Shown here one piece after another: positions 27,412 through 39,739 of a DNA stretch of 64,000 nt. A program made the translations under genes and the position numbers. Under the pieces are notes generated by a model that was not told the origin of the DNA, did no database searches, and saw only the letters and a program-made list of their open reading frames with translations. Positions within the stretch are counted from its first letter, which is position 1; every line of letters starts with the position of its first letter. Source of the DNA: an uncultured delta proteobacterium (GTDB lineage Bacteria; Desulfobacterota; Binatia; UBA9968); the NCBI GenBank assembly GCA_963727625.1, contig CAVSHR010000006.1, positions 160,001 to 224,000 of the forward strand, in the 5' to 3' direction.

Positions 27412-29070
<1,659 letters not shown>

Positions 29071-29841
29071 CTATACGAGCGTTTTAAAATAGCGCTCGGC
29101 TTTTCGAAGATCCGCCGGAGTATCCACCTCCACCGATTTTTCGTCGACTTCCGCGACAAAAATTCGATAACCGTTCTCCAAGGCCCGGAGCTGTTCCAAA
29201 CTCTCGATTCGCTCCAGTAAGGTTGGTCGCAATCGGGCAAACTTCAAGAGAAAATCCCGCCGGTAAACGTAAAGCCCGAGGTGTCGATAGCCCCATAAAC
29301 GCCGATCGTCGTTCGATTGATTCTTTCGCCCGCTCGGATCAAGCTCCATGTTACGTGCGTAGGGAACCGGCGCGCGGGAAAAATACAGCGCGAAGCCGTC
29401 GTGATTGGCGAGGACCTTGACGATGTTCGGATTACGCCATTCTTTTAAATCGTAAATCGGCGCACACACGGTACCCATGGGGATCGCCGGATTCTGCCGC
29501 AGCGGGCGCACCGCACGCGCGATGGTTTCAGCATGAATAAAGGGCAAATCGCCCTGCACGTTTACCACCCAGTCCGCCCTTATTTTGCGCGCCACCTCGG
29601 CCAAACGGTCGGTGCCGCTGGCATGCCGGCGCGACGTCATCACCACCTCGCCGCCGAAGTTTTTGACCGCTCGTTCGATGCGGCGGTCATCGGTGGCGAC
29701 CAAAACCCGACTCAATTCCCGTGCCCGCGATGTGCTTTCATAGACATGCTGGATCATCGGTTTACCGCCGATCTTGGCCAATGGCTTTCCCGGCAGACGG
29801 GTCGAACCATAGCGCGCCGGGATAATCGCCACAACGCTCAT
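29071..29841 (-). CDS. kdsB: CMP-KDO synthetase
   Basis: IPARYGSTRLPGKPL, SGTDR, NVQGD and LEQLR. Confidence 0.96.
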   Translation of the reverse strand: MSVVAIIPARYGSTRLPGKPLAKIGGKPMIQHVYESTSRARELSRVLVATDDRRIERAVKNFGGEVVMTSRRHASGTDRLAEVARKIRADWVVNVQGDLPFIHAETIARAVRPLRQNPAIPMGTVCAPIYDLKEWRNPNIVKVLANHDGFALYFSRAPVPYARNMELDPSGRKNQSNDDRRLWGYRHLGLYVYRRDFLLKFARLRPTLLERIESLEQLRALENGYRIFVAEVDEKSVEVDTPADLRKAERYFKTLV

Positions 29842-29954
29842 CGGTCCAATAATTCAGAGGTGTAAAGACAACTCAACGTTTTCTAAGAGATGCGATTGGG
29901 CGCCTAAAAGAAAAAACCGTAATGGCTTTCTCGGAAAGCACATCACGGAATTTG

Positions 29955-29983
29955 AATATACGCGGTGGCGGAAAAAGTGTCAA
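29955..29983 (-). promoter_or_regulatory. Sigma70 promoter for the kdsB-pyrG operon
   Basis: TTGACA-17 bp-TATATT. Confidence 0.7.
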
Positions 29984-30118
29984 TGAGATTTTGCGTCGGT
30001 GTAGTAGCAAAGTGAATCTGACAGGGTCTAACGGCAAGGTACTTATGTCACCGGTTAACTACAACGCAACTAAGTCAGGCCGCAGGACGATTGTCGGGAG
30101 CGGCAGTGGATCGGAAAT

Positions 30119-33100
30119 TTACGACGTGCGTAGTGAATGGTCCGATTCGTTTTGGTTGCGCGGTTCTTCGGCAGCGACGACGATACGGTCGCGGCCAGCT
30201 TGCTTGGCCCGGTAAAGCGCTTGATCCGCCGCCTGGAGTAAGGATGGGTTGGTTTGTCCATGCGCCGGGAAATAGGCGATTCCCATCGAAACCGTGATGT
30301 TCTTGATGGTTTGCCCCTCTTCCCTGACGACCATCCGACGCAAGCCAATGCGCAGTTGTTCGAGCCGGTGGCGCGCCGGTTCGACCGAGATGTCTGGCAG
30401 TATGATGACAAACTCGTCGCCGCCGTAGCGGCAGACGATATCGCTGCCGCGAAACTTGGCCTTGAGCAGATTGCTCCATTCGCGTAGCACGGCATCGGCG
30501 GCCGTGTGGCCGTAAGTGTCGTTGAGCAGTTTAAAGTTATCGATATCCAGCATCGCCACCACCACGGCTTTAGCCGAACGCTCCGCCCGGCTCAGCTCAC
30601 GATCGAGGGTGTCTTCCATGTAGCGGCGGTTGAACAATCCGGTTTGCGGGTCGCGAATGCTCTGGTTCTTAAGCGTTTCCCGCAAACGCAAATTAGCCAA
30701 GATCAACGATAGTTGTTCCGCCACCGCTCGGGCGGAGTTAGCGATGATGTTCTTGGCCCCAGCGCTCTGATCCGAATAGCGTAGGTGCAATAGCCCCAGG
30801 TTCTCCCCGTGCGCGATCATCGGTAAACACAAGTAGCCGTTTTCGGGCTCGTCCTCGGTGCCGACATGTTGGCAAATCAGATCGGCTTCGCCTGGTGCCA
30901 TTCCATGCGGCTTATTGCGCCGCAAGGCCCAGCAATCGTCCGGGTCCAAGATACTGTCGAACTCGCCGGCCCGTCTTCCCCACTGGCTTACGCTCTCGAG
31001 CAAGCTTCGCGACGCCACCACCATGTAGAGCACGCCGCGGGTACCCTGCAGCAGCAGCGGCATCCGCCGGCTGATCACACCGTGGGCCTCGTCCAAATCG
31101 CGGCAGGACTCCAGCAACTCTACCATCTCGCTCACCAGGCGCATTTCTTGGTTACGCCTTTCCAACTCCAGAACCGACTTTTGGAGCTCATCGTGGGCCT
31201 GCTGCAGCTCGCGTTCGATCAGCCGCCGTTGGGCATTTTCCCCCTCAAGTTCTTTGGTCCGTTCCGCGACTCGGTGCTCCAAGCTGGCATTTAAAGCCTG
31301 GATCTCCTCGGTCCGCTCGTTCACCCGGCGTTCCAGGGTAACGTTTAGAGCGCGGATTTCCTCTTCGACTTGCTTGCGTTCGGTGATATCGACGACGGAC
31401 GCGAGCACTTGCGAGCTGCCCGGCCCCTGAATACGATTCAGGCCGATCTCAACGGGAATTTCTCGGCCATCGCTGGTCAAGGCAAGGAGCTCCCGACCGT
31501 GGCCCACGACGCGCACCTCGGCAGCATCGAAAAAATGCTCGCGCTGGCTTGGATGGCTAGCACGAAAACGCGCCGGCACGAGAAACTCAACGGGTTTGCC
31601 GACCAGCTCGTCACGACTATAACCGAACAGGCGCTCGGCTTGCGAGTTGACTAGAGTAATTGCACCGCTCGCATCGACACGGAGCATGCCGTAGGGTGCC
31701 GATTCGACCAATAAGCGAAGCTGCTCCTCAGCGCTTTTCTGCTCGCTATTATCGACGTACATGGCTCGCGTTCCGGTGACTTTGCCCGTCTCGTCGGTGA
31801 TCGGATCGCCGCGCACCAAGACCGGAATAATCTGCCCGTCACTGACCACCAGCTCTCGTTCTCCCGATACCACGCGGCCTTGCAACGCGTTGCGATAGCC
31901 GTTTTCGCCCAATAATTTAAGCCTTGAGTCGGCCGAGTGGAAATCGGCCAGCGAGCGGCCGATGACATCCTTGCGGTCGTACTTTAATGTTTGCAAAAAC
32001 AATTCGTTGCAATCGCAGATGATCGGCACGCCGTTCTGATCGCCGGTAATAACGTACATCGCGGGCGCAGCATCGAAGAGCGCCCGGTAATGGATCTCGG
32101 CCTGTTGCATCTGGGCCAAGGCCTGATCGCGCATCTTCAAATAAACGATAAGCGCCGCGGTGATCAAAACGCCGATCAACAGGATCCCGACCACGTCCCA
32201 AATCCTGCTGAAGCCGTTTTGCCCCGCGCCCGGCCGCACCAAAAAGAGTAACTGATGACCGCCGAGCTCGACCTGCGCGGTTTGGTGTACTCCGCCCTGA
32301 AGTTCGGCTAACTTATGGGCGCCGGCGGCTGCCGCTTCTTCGCTCGAGGCGACCGACGAACCGGAAAAACCGACGAACAATGGGTCTTCTTCATCGCTGA
32401 CGTCAAACAAGTAGATTTCGCGCTGGCGCGAGTTTTCGGCGATGTTGGGGGGGTTAACTAATTCGGCGATTGGAATTTCCACGCGGACAAAACCGAGCAA
32501 ACTTTCTCTCTGTGTCTGTACCGAGCCGTCATTGTCGACTTGATTCAAATAGACTGGCTTATAGAGGAAGGCGCGCCCATCTTGGATATTCTTCGCCGGC
32601 CAAGAACTGGCGAGCGCCAGAGTGATTCGACCGCTGTCGCGCGCCCTATTGAGCACCGGTAAAATATTGGGATTGGCCGCGATGTCGAGTCCTAACTCGG
32701 ATTGATCACGCCGACTCGGCTCGGAGTAGAGAATCGGAAAATACTCGGCGCGATTGCCGGCCGGGATTTTTTCGCCGAGCGCCGACCATTCGAAAATAGC
32801 ATAGCCGGGAACTCCGTCCTGCCGCGCTCCGGTCTCAAATTCCTGCCGATCGGCGAGCGAAAGGCGAGGCATCCATTGGATCAAACGAGGCGTCTGATCG
32901 TTTTCAGCGAGCCGAATAATAAATTTGCGGAAATCGTCGCGGCGTACTTTTTGCGCCGCGAGTAATAAACCTTCGACCGCCTGCACTCGTTCCACCGCGC
33001 GTTCACTGCTTCGTTGAAATTGACGCGCGATCTCGTGGGTGTCCTGGAGTAACCTTTGATTCGCCGCGAAGTTTTGGTTCTGCCAAACGACGTACGAAAC

Positions 33101-33745
33101 GACTAACGAAAGACCTAACCAAACCGTGGTGATCGGGAAGACAGTCGGTTCCAGAACATTTTTCTGCCGCCATGCCAGTATGATCATCATCAGCAGCGGC
33201 GTCAGGATCAAAATCCCGGCGTAATCACCTACCCACCAAGTCAGCCAAAGGGACGTCATGCTCTTCCAAGGTATCGACTCCGTGAGTCGCAAACTTGTTA
33301 CGGCGATGCTCGGTGATATCAGGGAGCTGAATCCGGTCAGACTGATGAAGTATAGAATGTCGCGCCCGGTGCTGGGCGATCGCCGATAACCACGGGATTG
33401 CGACCAGACACAAAGATCCGGGATGAATTGATGTACAAGGAACGTCCCCACCAGCATCGCGAGAGCGTCTCCGGTAGCCAACGCTGGCGCGCCGATATTC
33501 GCGGCCGGCCCGTAAAGCGATTGAAAGTTGACAAGCAACGCCCCCAACCAGGCGCCGATGACTCCCCGGTAACCGACAACCAACCCTGCGGCCAAGGCGA
33601 TAGCCGCCGGTGGCCACAAAGGCGACGCGCTCGCTTGGGCGATGGAAAAATGCGGCGTGATCTGCGCGCTCAACGCGTAGAGGCCGGCGACTGCAAAGCA
33701 CTCGATGGCGCGTTTAATCAAAAGTTTAAGTGAGACCATTCGCAA
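30119..33745 (-). CDS. Membrane diguanylate cyclase (MASE1-CHASE-PAS-PAS-GAF-GGDEF)
   Basis: MASE1 (LWPPAA, WWVGD), CHASE (YFPILYSEP, LGLD), two PAS domains, GAF (DCWALRR) and an RGSD I-site before GGDEF. Confidence 0.92.
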   Translation of the reverse strand: MRMVSLKLLIKRAIECFAVAGLYALSAQITPHFSIAQASASPLWPPAAIALAAGLVVGYRGVIGAWLGALLVNFQSLYGPAANIGAPALATGDALAMLVGTFLVHQFIPDLCVWSQSRGYRRSPSTGRDILYFISLTGFSSLISPSIAVTSLRLTESIPWKSMTSLWLTWWVGDYAGILILTPLLMMIILAWRQKNVLEPTVFPITTVWLGLSLVVSYVVWQNQNFAANQRLLQDTHEIARQFQRSSERAVERVQAVEGLLLAAQKVRRDDFRKFIIRLAENDQTPRLIQWMPRLSLADRQEFETGARQDGVPGYAIFEWSALGEKIPAGNRAEYFPILYSEPSRRDQSELGLDIAANPNILPVLNRARDSGRITLALASSWPAKNIQDGRAFLYKPVYLNQVDNDGSVQTQRESLLGFVRVEIPIAELVNPPNIAENSRQREIYLFDVSDEEDPLFVGFSGSSVASSEEAAAAGAHKLAELQGGVHQTAQVELGGHQLLFLVRPGAGQNGFSRIWDVVGILLIGVLITAALIVYLKMRDQALAQMQQAEIHYRALFDAAPAMYVITGDQNGVPIICDCNELFLQTLKYDRKDVIGRSLADFHSADSRLKLLGENGYRNALQGRVVSGERELVVSDGQIIPVLVRGDPITDETGKVTGTRAMYVDNSEQKSAEEQLRLLVESAPYGMLRVDASGAITLVNSQAERLFGYSRDELVGKPVEFLVPARFRASHPSQREHFFDAAEVRVVGHGRELLALTSDGREIPVEIGLNRIQGPGSSQVLASVVDITERKQVEEEIRALNVTLERRVNERTEEIQALNASLEHRVAERTKELEGENAQRRLIERELQQAHDELQKSVLELERRNQEMRLVSEMVELLESCRDLDEAHGVISRRMPLLLQGTRGVLYMVVASRSLLESVSQWGRRAGEFDSILDPDDCWALRRNKPHGMAPGEADLICQHVGTEDEPENGYLCLPMIAHGENLGLLHLRYSDQSAGAKNIIANSARAVAEQLSLILANLRLRETLKNQSIRDPQTGLFNRRYMEDTLDRELSRAERSAKAVVVAMLDIDNFKLLNDTYGHTAADAVLREWSNLLKAKFRGSDIVCRYGGDEFVIILPDISVEPARHRLEQLRIGLRRMVVREEGQTIKNITVSMGIAYFPAHGQTNPSLLQAADQALYRAKQAGRDRIVVAAEEPRNQNESDHSLRTS

Positions 33746-34110
33746 TCGGTCGAAATTTTACCAAGCCGTCAAAATTTTTTCTGACCTTGATCCCTTTCAG
33801 CTCCTTTCTCCGACAAGCGATTTTCCCTCGGGCGCGCGCCAACCTCATCGTGTACCGGAGTTAAGCGCAGACCCTTCGCGCGTGGTAACGATAAATCACC
33901 ACGCTGCCTGCATATTGATTTTCAACCGTCGTCCCAAGCATAAGAGATAGGGGTTACGACATCACTCACCCACAGTTCGGATTGACGGTTTAAAACTCTT
34001 GACTCCTTGGGGCCATCGGGTGTTAGGAGATATTTTAGTTGATCGCCAAAACCACACAACGTGATTAATCATGACAACTATGCGAAATTTCGGCACTTTT
34101 GAGGCAAAAT

Positions 34111-35055
34111 ATGGTGGAACTAATAAATCTTAACGCCGGCTTCGCCACCATCGGCCAAGGCGCCGGTCCGATGATGGTGACCTGGAAAGCTGGATTGTTT
34201 GAGAAACACGGCCTGGCCATCGACCGGCCGCGCATCATGGGCGGCGCCAAAGGCGTTGTCCGCGGATTGATGTCGGGCAAGATTCACTTCGGCAACATGG
34301 CCGCGCCGGCACCACTGCGAGCGAATCTCAAGGGTGAAGCGGATCTGGTTTTTTTGACCGGCGGCATCAACCAGCAATTCATCATGGGCCGGCCCGGCAT
34401 CAACAGCCGCGAGGAATTGGCGGGCAAAAAGATCGGCCTCGTCGGCGATGGCGGGCTTAACGACGCGCTGGTGAAATTCGCCATTGAAAAGTTGCGCGCC
34501 GCGGGCATCGAAGGATTGCGCCCGGAAGCGGTCGAAGCTGGCGGCGCCAAAGAGCTTAAAGCTCTATTGCACGGCAGATGCGACGCGATCGTCAGCACGC
34601 CGCCGGAGTGCATCGAGGCGCATCGAAAGGGCGGCAAATATTTGATCGATTTTGCCGAGTTCGGCCTTAACTATGCTCTCGGCGGCATCGCGGCGCGGCG
34701 CGACTACGTTGAAAAGAATCCCGAAATCACGCGGAAGTTCATCAGGGCCTACGTCGAGGGCATGCATCGCTATCGCACCGACCGCGAGTTTACCGTCGGT
34801 GTTCAGGCCGAATACAGCGGCATCGACGACCGAACCATCGCCGAGGAAACCTACGACCTCACCCAGCCCGGCATGCCGCCTGTGCCCTATCCCGTGGTTG
34901 CCTCGCTGCAAACCCTGCTCGATTTTATGGCCGCGGAGCTTCCCGAGGCGCAAAACGCCGACGCAAAAACATTTGTCGATGACCGTTTTATCCGCGAGCT
35001 TGAGGCGAACGGATTTATTGCCTCGCTGTCGGAAAAGGGAAGATCGGAAGCATGA
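34111..35055 (+). CDS. NMT1/THI5 (SsuA-like) substrate-binding-fold protein without an evident signal peptide
   Basis: GLFEKHGL, ELAGKKIG and KFIRAYVEG motifs. Confidence 0.8.
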   Translation: MVELINLNAGFATIGQGAGPMMVTWKAGLFEKHGLAIDRPRIMGGAKGVVRGLMSGKIHFGNMAAPAPLRANLKGEADLVFLTGGINQQFIMGRPGINSREELAGKKIGLVGDGGLNDALVKFAIEKLRAAGIEGLRPEAVEAGGAKELKALLHGRCDAIVSTPPECIEAHRKGGKYLIDFAEFGLNYALGGIAARRDYVEKNPEITRKFIRAYVEGMHRYRTDREFTVGVQAEYSGIDDRTIAEETYDLTQPGMPPVPYPVVASLQTLLDFMAAELPEAQNADAKTFVDDRFIRELEANGFIASLSEKGRSEA

Positions 35056-36071
35056 AGATCATGGCAAACCGCGGAGCGCTATGCGGCTGGGTGTCGCTGG
35101 CAGCGATCCTGGTCTTTTTCACTGCCGCCTCAGCCGCTACCAACGAGTCGCTCATCGAGGGCGCTAAACGGGAAGGCGAGTTGGTTTATTACGCATCGAT
35201 GAATTTGACCGAAGCCAACGGGGTGATCGGCGCCTTCGAAAAACGCTACCCCTTCGTCAAGGTGAAACTGCACCGCACCGGCAGCGAAAAGCTATTGACG
35301 CGAGTCTTGACCGAAGCGCGCGCCAAGAAAAACCTCGCCGACGTGATTCAGACCGTCGAGTTCAGCATGCATATATTCAATCGCAGCGGCATCCTGGCGC
35401 GCTACCTGCCGCAGGCCAACACGCTCTATCCTAAGGAGTTTAAGGAAGAAGGATTCTGGACGACGGTTTACTACAACGCTTACGTGACCGCATACAACAC
35501 CGGGCTCGTGCCGCCTCGCTCCCTGCCCAAAACCTACGACGATCTGCTGGATCCCAAGTGGAAAATCCAGTTGATGATGGAGGGGACCAAGGCCGATTGG
35601 TTCGCCGGCATGTTGCAGATCATGGGTCAGGAGCGCGGGCTCAATTACATGCGCGCGCTGGCCAAGCAACAGCCGAGCCCGCGCGAAGGCCATGAGCTCT
35701 TGGCGCAGTTGGTCGCCGCCGGCGAGGGGCTTTTCGATATCAATATTCCGGCGGCTTCGGTGGAGCGCATGAAAGAGCGCGGCGCGCCCATCGATTGGAC
35801 AGCGCTCGGACCGGTGCCGGCGATCATGGTCGGCATCGGCTTATCCGGTCAGGCGGCGCACCCCAATGCGGCGAAATTATTCTTGGAATTTGTCCTATCG
35901 CGCGACGGGCAGAAGCTCATGCAGACTCCCGGCAGGCTGGTCGCGCGTAGTGATCTCGACAACGAGCAAGCGGCCATGTTGAAACAGCTTAAGGTTGTCC
36001 CGGTCAATCCGGCGCTGGCCGAAAAGCTCAAAGAATATGCCAGGCGACTGAGGTCGATCTTTGGGAGCTGA
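35052..36071 (+). CDS. Extracellular solute-binding protein (AfuA/Fe(III)-like family)
   Basis: Signal peptide, GAKREGELVYY, PKTYDDLLDPKWK and AAHPNAAKLF. Confidence 0.85.
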   Translation: MKIMANRGALCGWVSLAAILVFFTAASAATNESLIEGAKREGELVYYASMNLTEANGVIGAFEKRYPFVKVKLHRTGSEKLLTRVLTEARAKKNLADVIQTVEFSMHIFNRSGILARYLPQANTLYPKEFKEEGFWTTVYYNAYVTAYNTGLVPPRSLPKTYDDLLDPKWKIQLMMEGTKADWFAGMLQIMGQERGLNYMRALAKQQPSPREGHELLAQLVAAGEGLFDINIPAASVERMKERGAPIDWTALGPVPAIMVGIGLSGQAAHPNAAKLFLEFVLSRDGQKLMQTPGRLVARSDLDNEQAAMLKQLKVVPVNPALAEKLKEYARRLRSIFGS

Positions 36072-36119
36072 GTCAATGATCAAACGCGAGACCGAGATGC
36101 CGGACAAAAGGAGACCATC

Positions 36120-36893
36120 ATGCGATTCATGTTTTTAAATCATTCGTACAAACGCCATTCCTCAGAGCTCGAAGCTCATATTCTTAAGTTGCTCAAGAGC
36201 TACTCCTCACCGGACACGACTTTTGAGCTCGCCTATCCCGAAGACCTCGGCGGCGGCGAAGTTTTAAGCTTGCTCGAAGAACGCAAGGCGCTTTCCGGAT
36301 TGCATCATATTCTGGAAACCCCGGCGCTGGTCAAAAAAGCCATCGAAGCGGAGCATCGAGGATTCGACGCGGTGATCCAGAGCAACACCTTCGATCCCGG
36401 CGTTGAGGCGAGCCGCTTGGCCGTGCGCATTCCGGTGATCGGCCTGCTGCGCGCGTCGCTCCATTTTACCGCGAGCATCTGTGACAAATTCGCTCTGATT
36501 GTGCCGCTCGAAACTCACATGCCCCACACCATGCGCATGGTGCAGACCTATGGCATGGCGAATTTTGTCTGCGGTATTCGCACCGTCGGCCTCTACGATA
36601 CCGGCGACTTGTCCGGCTACCACGACGCCGTCATCGAGCGCACGCTCGCCGTCGGCAAAGAATTGGTGCAGCAGGGCGCTCAGGCGATCATTCCGCTCGG
36701 CGGCAAGATTTATCCGTACGTCGTCACGCCTGAAGAGTTGGAACCCCATCTCGGTGTGCCCGTAATCAACACCAAAGCCGTCGGCGTGAGCTACGCCGAG
36801 CTGATGGCGCGCAACAAGATCAGCCACAGTATCAAGGCCTATCCTTGTCCCACCGGGCTCAATCCCGAGGCGGTTTCCCAGCGTTCAAAGTAG
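36120..36893 (+). CDS. Asp/Glu/hydantoin racemase-fold protein lacking the catalytic cysteines
   Basis: GFDAVIQSNTFDPG...IPVIG...GAQAIIPLGG...GVPVIN. Confidence 0.8.
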   Translation: MRFMFLNHSYKRHSSELEAHILKLLKSYSSPDTTFELAYPEDLGGGEVLSLLEERKALSGLHHILETPALVKKAIEAEHRGFDAVIQSNTFDPGVEASRLAVRIPVIGLLRASLHFTASICDKFALIVPLETHMPHTMRMVQTYGMANFVCGIRTVGLYDTGDLSGYHDAVIERTLAVGKELVQQGAQAIIPLGGKIYPYVVTPEELEPHLGVPVINTKAVGVSYAELMARNKISHSIKAYPCPTGLNPEAVSQRSK

Positions 36894-37006
36894 TCGCCGA
36901 CGAATTGGCGAATTTGCAACGGGCTAAAAAACCGGTGAATGTACGAGCGTATGGCAGACGTCCCTGATTTGTCATCACAGAATAATTTTCCCGCGAGGCA
37001 GCAGTC

Positions 37007-38101
37007 ATGATCATCGACGGTGACGGACACTTTTTTGAGACCGAGGAGATATTTGAAAAGCACATGGAGCCGAATCTGCGAAACTTTCGGCCGCGGCTCT
37101 TGACCGACGAAGAGGGTCACAACTTCTGGATCGTCGACGGTCAAACCTCGTACAAAAGGCCGACGATCAAGGGTGCAGGCGCGCCGGGGACAGCCGCCCC
37201 ACCAGGCAAAGCGCTCCAATCGGCTCGGCGCGCATCACCGGGCAGCCAGACACTGACCAATCTCAAAGAACGGCTGGAGGATCTCGATCGCGAGATGATC
37301 GACGTTCAGTTTATCTACCCGAGCTTTCTCTTGCACGTCAATTCATGGCCCGACGGCATCTTGGCCATGGGTGTCTGCCGCGCTTACAACACCTGGCTCG
37401 CCGAGGCTTGCAACCAGGCCGCCGACCGCCTCAAGGCCGTCGGTGTAGTCTCGTTGCAAGACGCGCAAGGCGCGGCCAAGGAACTCTCCCGGCTGCGCGA
37501 TATGGGCGTGATGGCGGTGATGATTAACGGCACCACGGGGGCGAAACGGCTGGATCATCCGGACCACGAGGTGTTTTTCGCCGAGGCGGATCGATTAAAG
37601 ATGCCCGTCGCCGTCCACTTCAGCTTGCAATTCCCGGTCGTCGACAAACTCTTCGAGCACCATTTTCCCAACCGGGTGTTGGCCGGCATCCTGCCGATCA
37701 TGGCCGGGCTTACCAGCGTGCTTTGTTCAGGCCTGCTCGATCGCTATAAAAATCTTAAATTTGCCTTTCTCGAAGGCGGCATCAGCTGGGTGCCGGCCCA
37801 TGTCGAGCGCATGGACGACCACTTTGAAAATCCGCGCTATGGGGCGAAAGATCTGATCAGTCATCCGCCCAGCGATTACCTCAAGACGGGGCGGATTTTC
37901 TTTGGTTGCGAAGGCAACGAACCGTTTCTCGGCCGCGTCCTCGAAGAAGTTGGCGAAGATTTATTCATGTTTTCTTCGGACTATCCCCACGCCGACCGAA
38001 CAGAAGGGACCGCCCGGACCCTCCGCGATCGCAACGATATCCCGGCCCCCATCCGCAAAAAGCTCTTGGAGGAAAATGCCCGGCATTTTTATGGTCTGTG
38101 A
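37007..38101 (+). CDS. Amidohydrolase_2-family protein
   Basis: IIDGDGH, AYNTWLAE, FLEGG and FSSDYPH. Confidence 0.9.
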   Translation: MIIDGDGHFFETEEIFEKHMEPNLRNFRPRLLTDEEGHNFWIVDGQTSYKRPTIKGAGAPGTAAPPGKALQSARRASPGSQTLTNLKERLEDLDREMIDVQFIYPSFLLHVNSWPDGILAMGVCRAYNTWLAEACNQAADRLKAVGVVSLQDAQGAAKELSRLRDMGVMAVMINGTTGAKRLDHPDHEVFFAEADRLKMPVAVHFSLQFPVVDKLFEHHFPNRVLAGILPIMAGLTSVLCSGLLDRYKNLKFAFLEGGISWVPAHVERMDDHFENPRYGAKDLISHPPSDYLKTGRIFFGCEGNEPFLGRVLEEVGEDLFMFSSDYPHADRTEGTARTLRDRNDIPAPIRKKLLEENARHFYGL

Positions 38102-38210
38102 TCACTCGTGACCCATTGACGGTATAGTTGGCCTTGTGTTTCAGCATTTTCCATGTTGATTTGAATTGACGCGGGGAAACCGCGTCTAACTGTTGAAAGG
38201 AGGTGATACT

Positions 38211-38492
38211 ATGAAAAACGCAATCAGAATTTTCGTTGTTGCATTGACCACTCTGGTATTTAGCGGCGTGAGCTTCGCTCAGGCGACGCCGGCTACCCCC
38301 GCGACACCGGCCGCGCCGGCGATGGAAAAGAAGGCGGAGAAAGCCGCAGACGCCACTAAGGGCAAGGCGAAGGCCAAAGGCAAATCCAAGGCGAAGAAAT
38401 CTACCAAGAAAGCCGCCGAGAAAATGTCTAACACGGCCAAAGAGAAAATGTCGGACAAGGCCGGCGATGTGATGGAAAAGAAAGGCAAATAG
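38211..38492 (+). CDS. Small exported Lys/Ala-rich low-complexity protein
   Basis: Strong RBS AAGGAGGT, signal peptide ending SFA, and PATPATPA/KAK repeats. Confidence 0.75.
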   Translation: MKNAIRIFVVALTTLVFSGVSFAQATPATPATPAAPAMEKKAEKAADATKGKAKAKGKSKAKKSTKKAAEKMSNTAKEKMSDKAGDVMEKKGK

Positions 38493-38513
38493 TCCCGACC
38501 CAGCCTCGCTTTT

Positions 38514-38553
38514 ATTCAGGGTAACCGAAGCTCTCGGTTACCCTGAATTTTTA
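38514..38553 (+). terminator. Intrinsic terminator
   Basis: ATTCAGGGTAACCGA-agctc-TCGGTTACCCTGAAT-TTTT. Confidence 0.8.
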
Positions 38554-38693
38554 ATGCAGCGGAAGCCTTACCGACGCCAACAGGTCGACTGCGCAATTCA
38601 GGCCCGTTGGTTGATTTCACCTACCCACTTGATTAAACTTTTGTTAGCTGCCGCCCGGGGTGAGTCTTGGGTTTTTGCGAAGGAGGTGTGGCG

Positions 38694-38876
38694 ATGGACC
38701 TGCCGAAATGCCAGAAATGTAATGACGGGCTGTTGATCCCGCTATCAGATTACGGCCAAGATGGCGCATCGGTCATGTATAAAGCCTGGGCTTGTACCAA
38801 TCCCGACTGTGGTTTTTCGATCCGCATCGATAAAGGCGAGGTAACCTACGGCAAACGGATCGAACCGAAGCACTGA
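38694..38876 (+). CDS. Small zinc-ribbon protein
   Basis: RBS AAGGAGG; CQKC...CTNPDC. Confidence 0.75.
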   Translation: MDLPKCQKCNDGLLIPLSDYGQDGASVMYKAWACTNPDCGFSIRIDKGEVTYGKRIEPKH

Positions 38877-38947
38877 AATTTAACTTTGCTTATCCTGGGC
38901 TTGATTGCAGCCCCTCAGAAATCCATCACTCCAGTACTCCATATTTC

Positions 38948-39604
38948 CTACGCCGGCATGCTCCGGTTAAAACTCTGAATCGCCCGCCCGAATAGCTCGC
39001 AGCCCTGCTTTAACGCGGCCAGACATTTTTGCTGCGTCGCGCCATCCTTGGCGTAGCGCCGCAGTATTTCCGGCGCGATCCACTCATGCCCCTCTTCATC
39101 GGCGAGCAAAGTATCACGATAAATCGACGCGGTTTGCGGATCGATGGAAGCGACCCGCTCGATAAAGGATTTGGACGTGCGCGGGAAAAACTCCTCGTGG
39201 CCGAACTGCACGCTGGCGATCAATTCGCAGAGCGAGCCGAGGTTCGCATGAAAGTCCCAGAGCTGCTTGAGCTCGGGCAACGGGCTATTCCACAGCGCAT
39301 CCGGGTCGCCGTTAAGCTCGCTGATTCGCCTGCGCAAGATCGACGCATGCTTGAGCTCGTTGACGACGTACTCCGACATAGGCTGCTGCAGTTCGAGGTC
39401 GGGAATTTTTCCAACCCACGGCGCAGTAACCTCAGCGGCCTTGCGTTCCATGACCACGCCGAATTGCAGCCGGCGTAAAACCACCGCGCTCGCGAGCGGC
39501 TTCTCCGCGCCGTAGCTTTTACGTTCGGCGTTCATTTTCTCCCAGAACGCCTCCCGCGTCGTGATCAGTTGATCGAGAAACTCTTCCGATTTCAGAGCTT
39601 CCAT
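38948..39604 (-). CDS. Ferritin-like di-metal protein
   Basis: Paired ExxH motifs (NELKH, DEEGH); helical sequence. Confidence 0.7.
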   Translation of the reverse strand: MEALKSEEFLDQLITTREAFWEKMNAERKSYGAEKPLASAVVLRRLQFGVVMERKAAEVTAPWVGKIPDLELQQPMSEYVVNELKHASILRRRISELNGDPDALWNSPLPELKQLWDFHANLGSLCELIASVQFGHEEFFPRTSKSFIERVASIDPQTASIYRDTLLADEEGHEWIAPEILRRYAKDGATQQKCLAALKQGCELFGRAIQSFNRSMPA

Positions 39605-39739
39605 GGATTCCTCCCGAAGATCGCCGCGCGACGATTGACACGCAGATTATTTAAGGTATTAACAATACAGGAAATTCACTCCGTGTAAAGCCTAGGTTTC
39701 CGGCCCTAATCGCGAGTGATTCAGGCACTCGAAGCCCCC

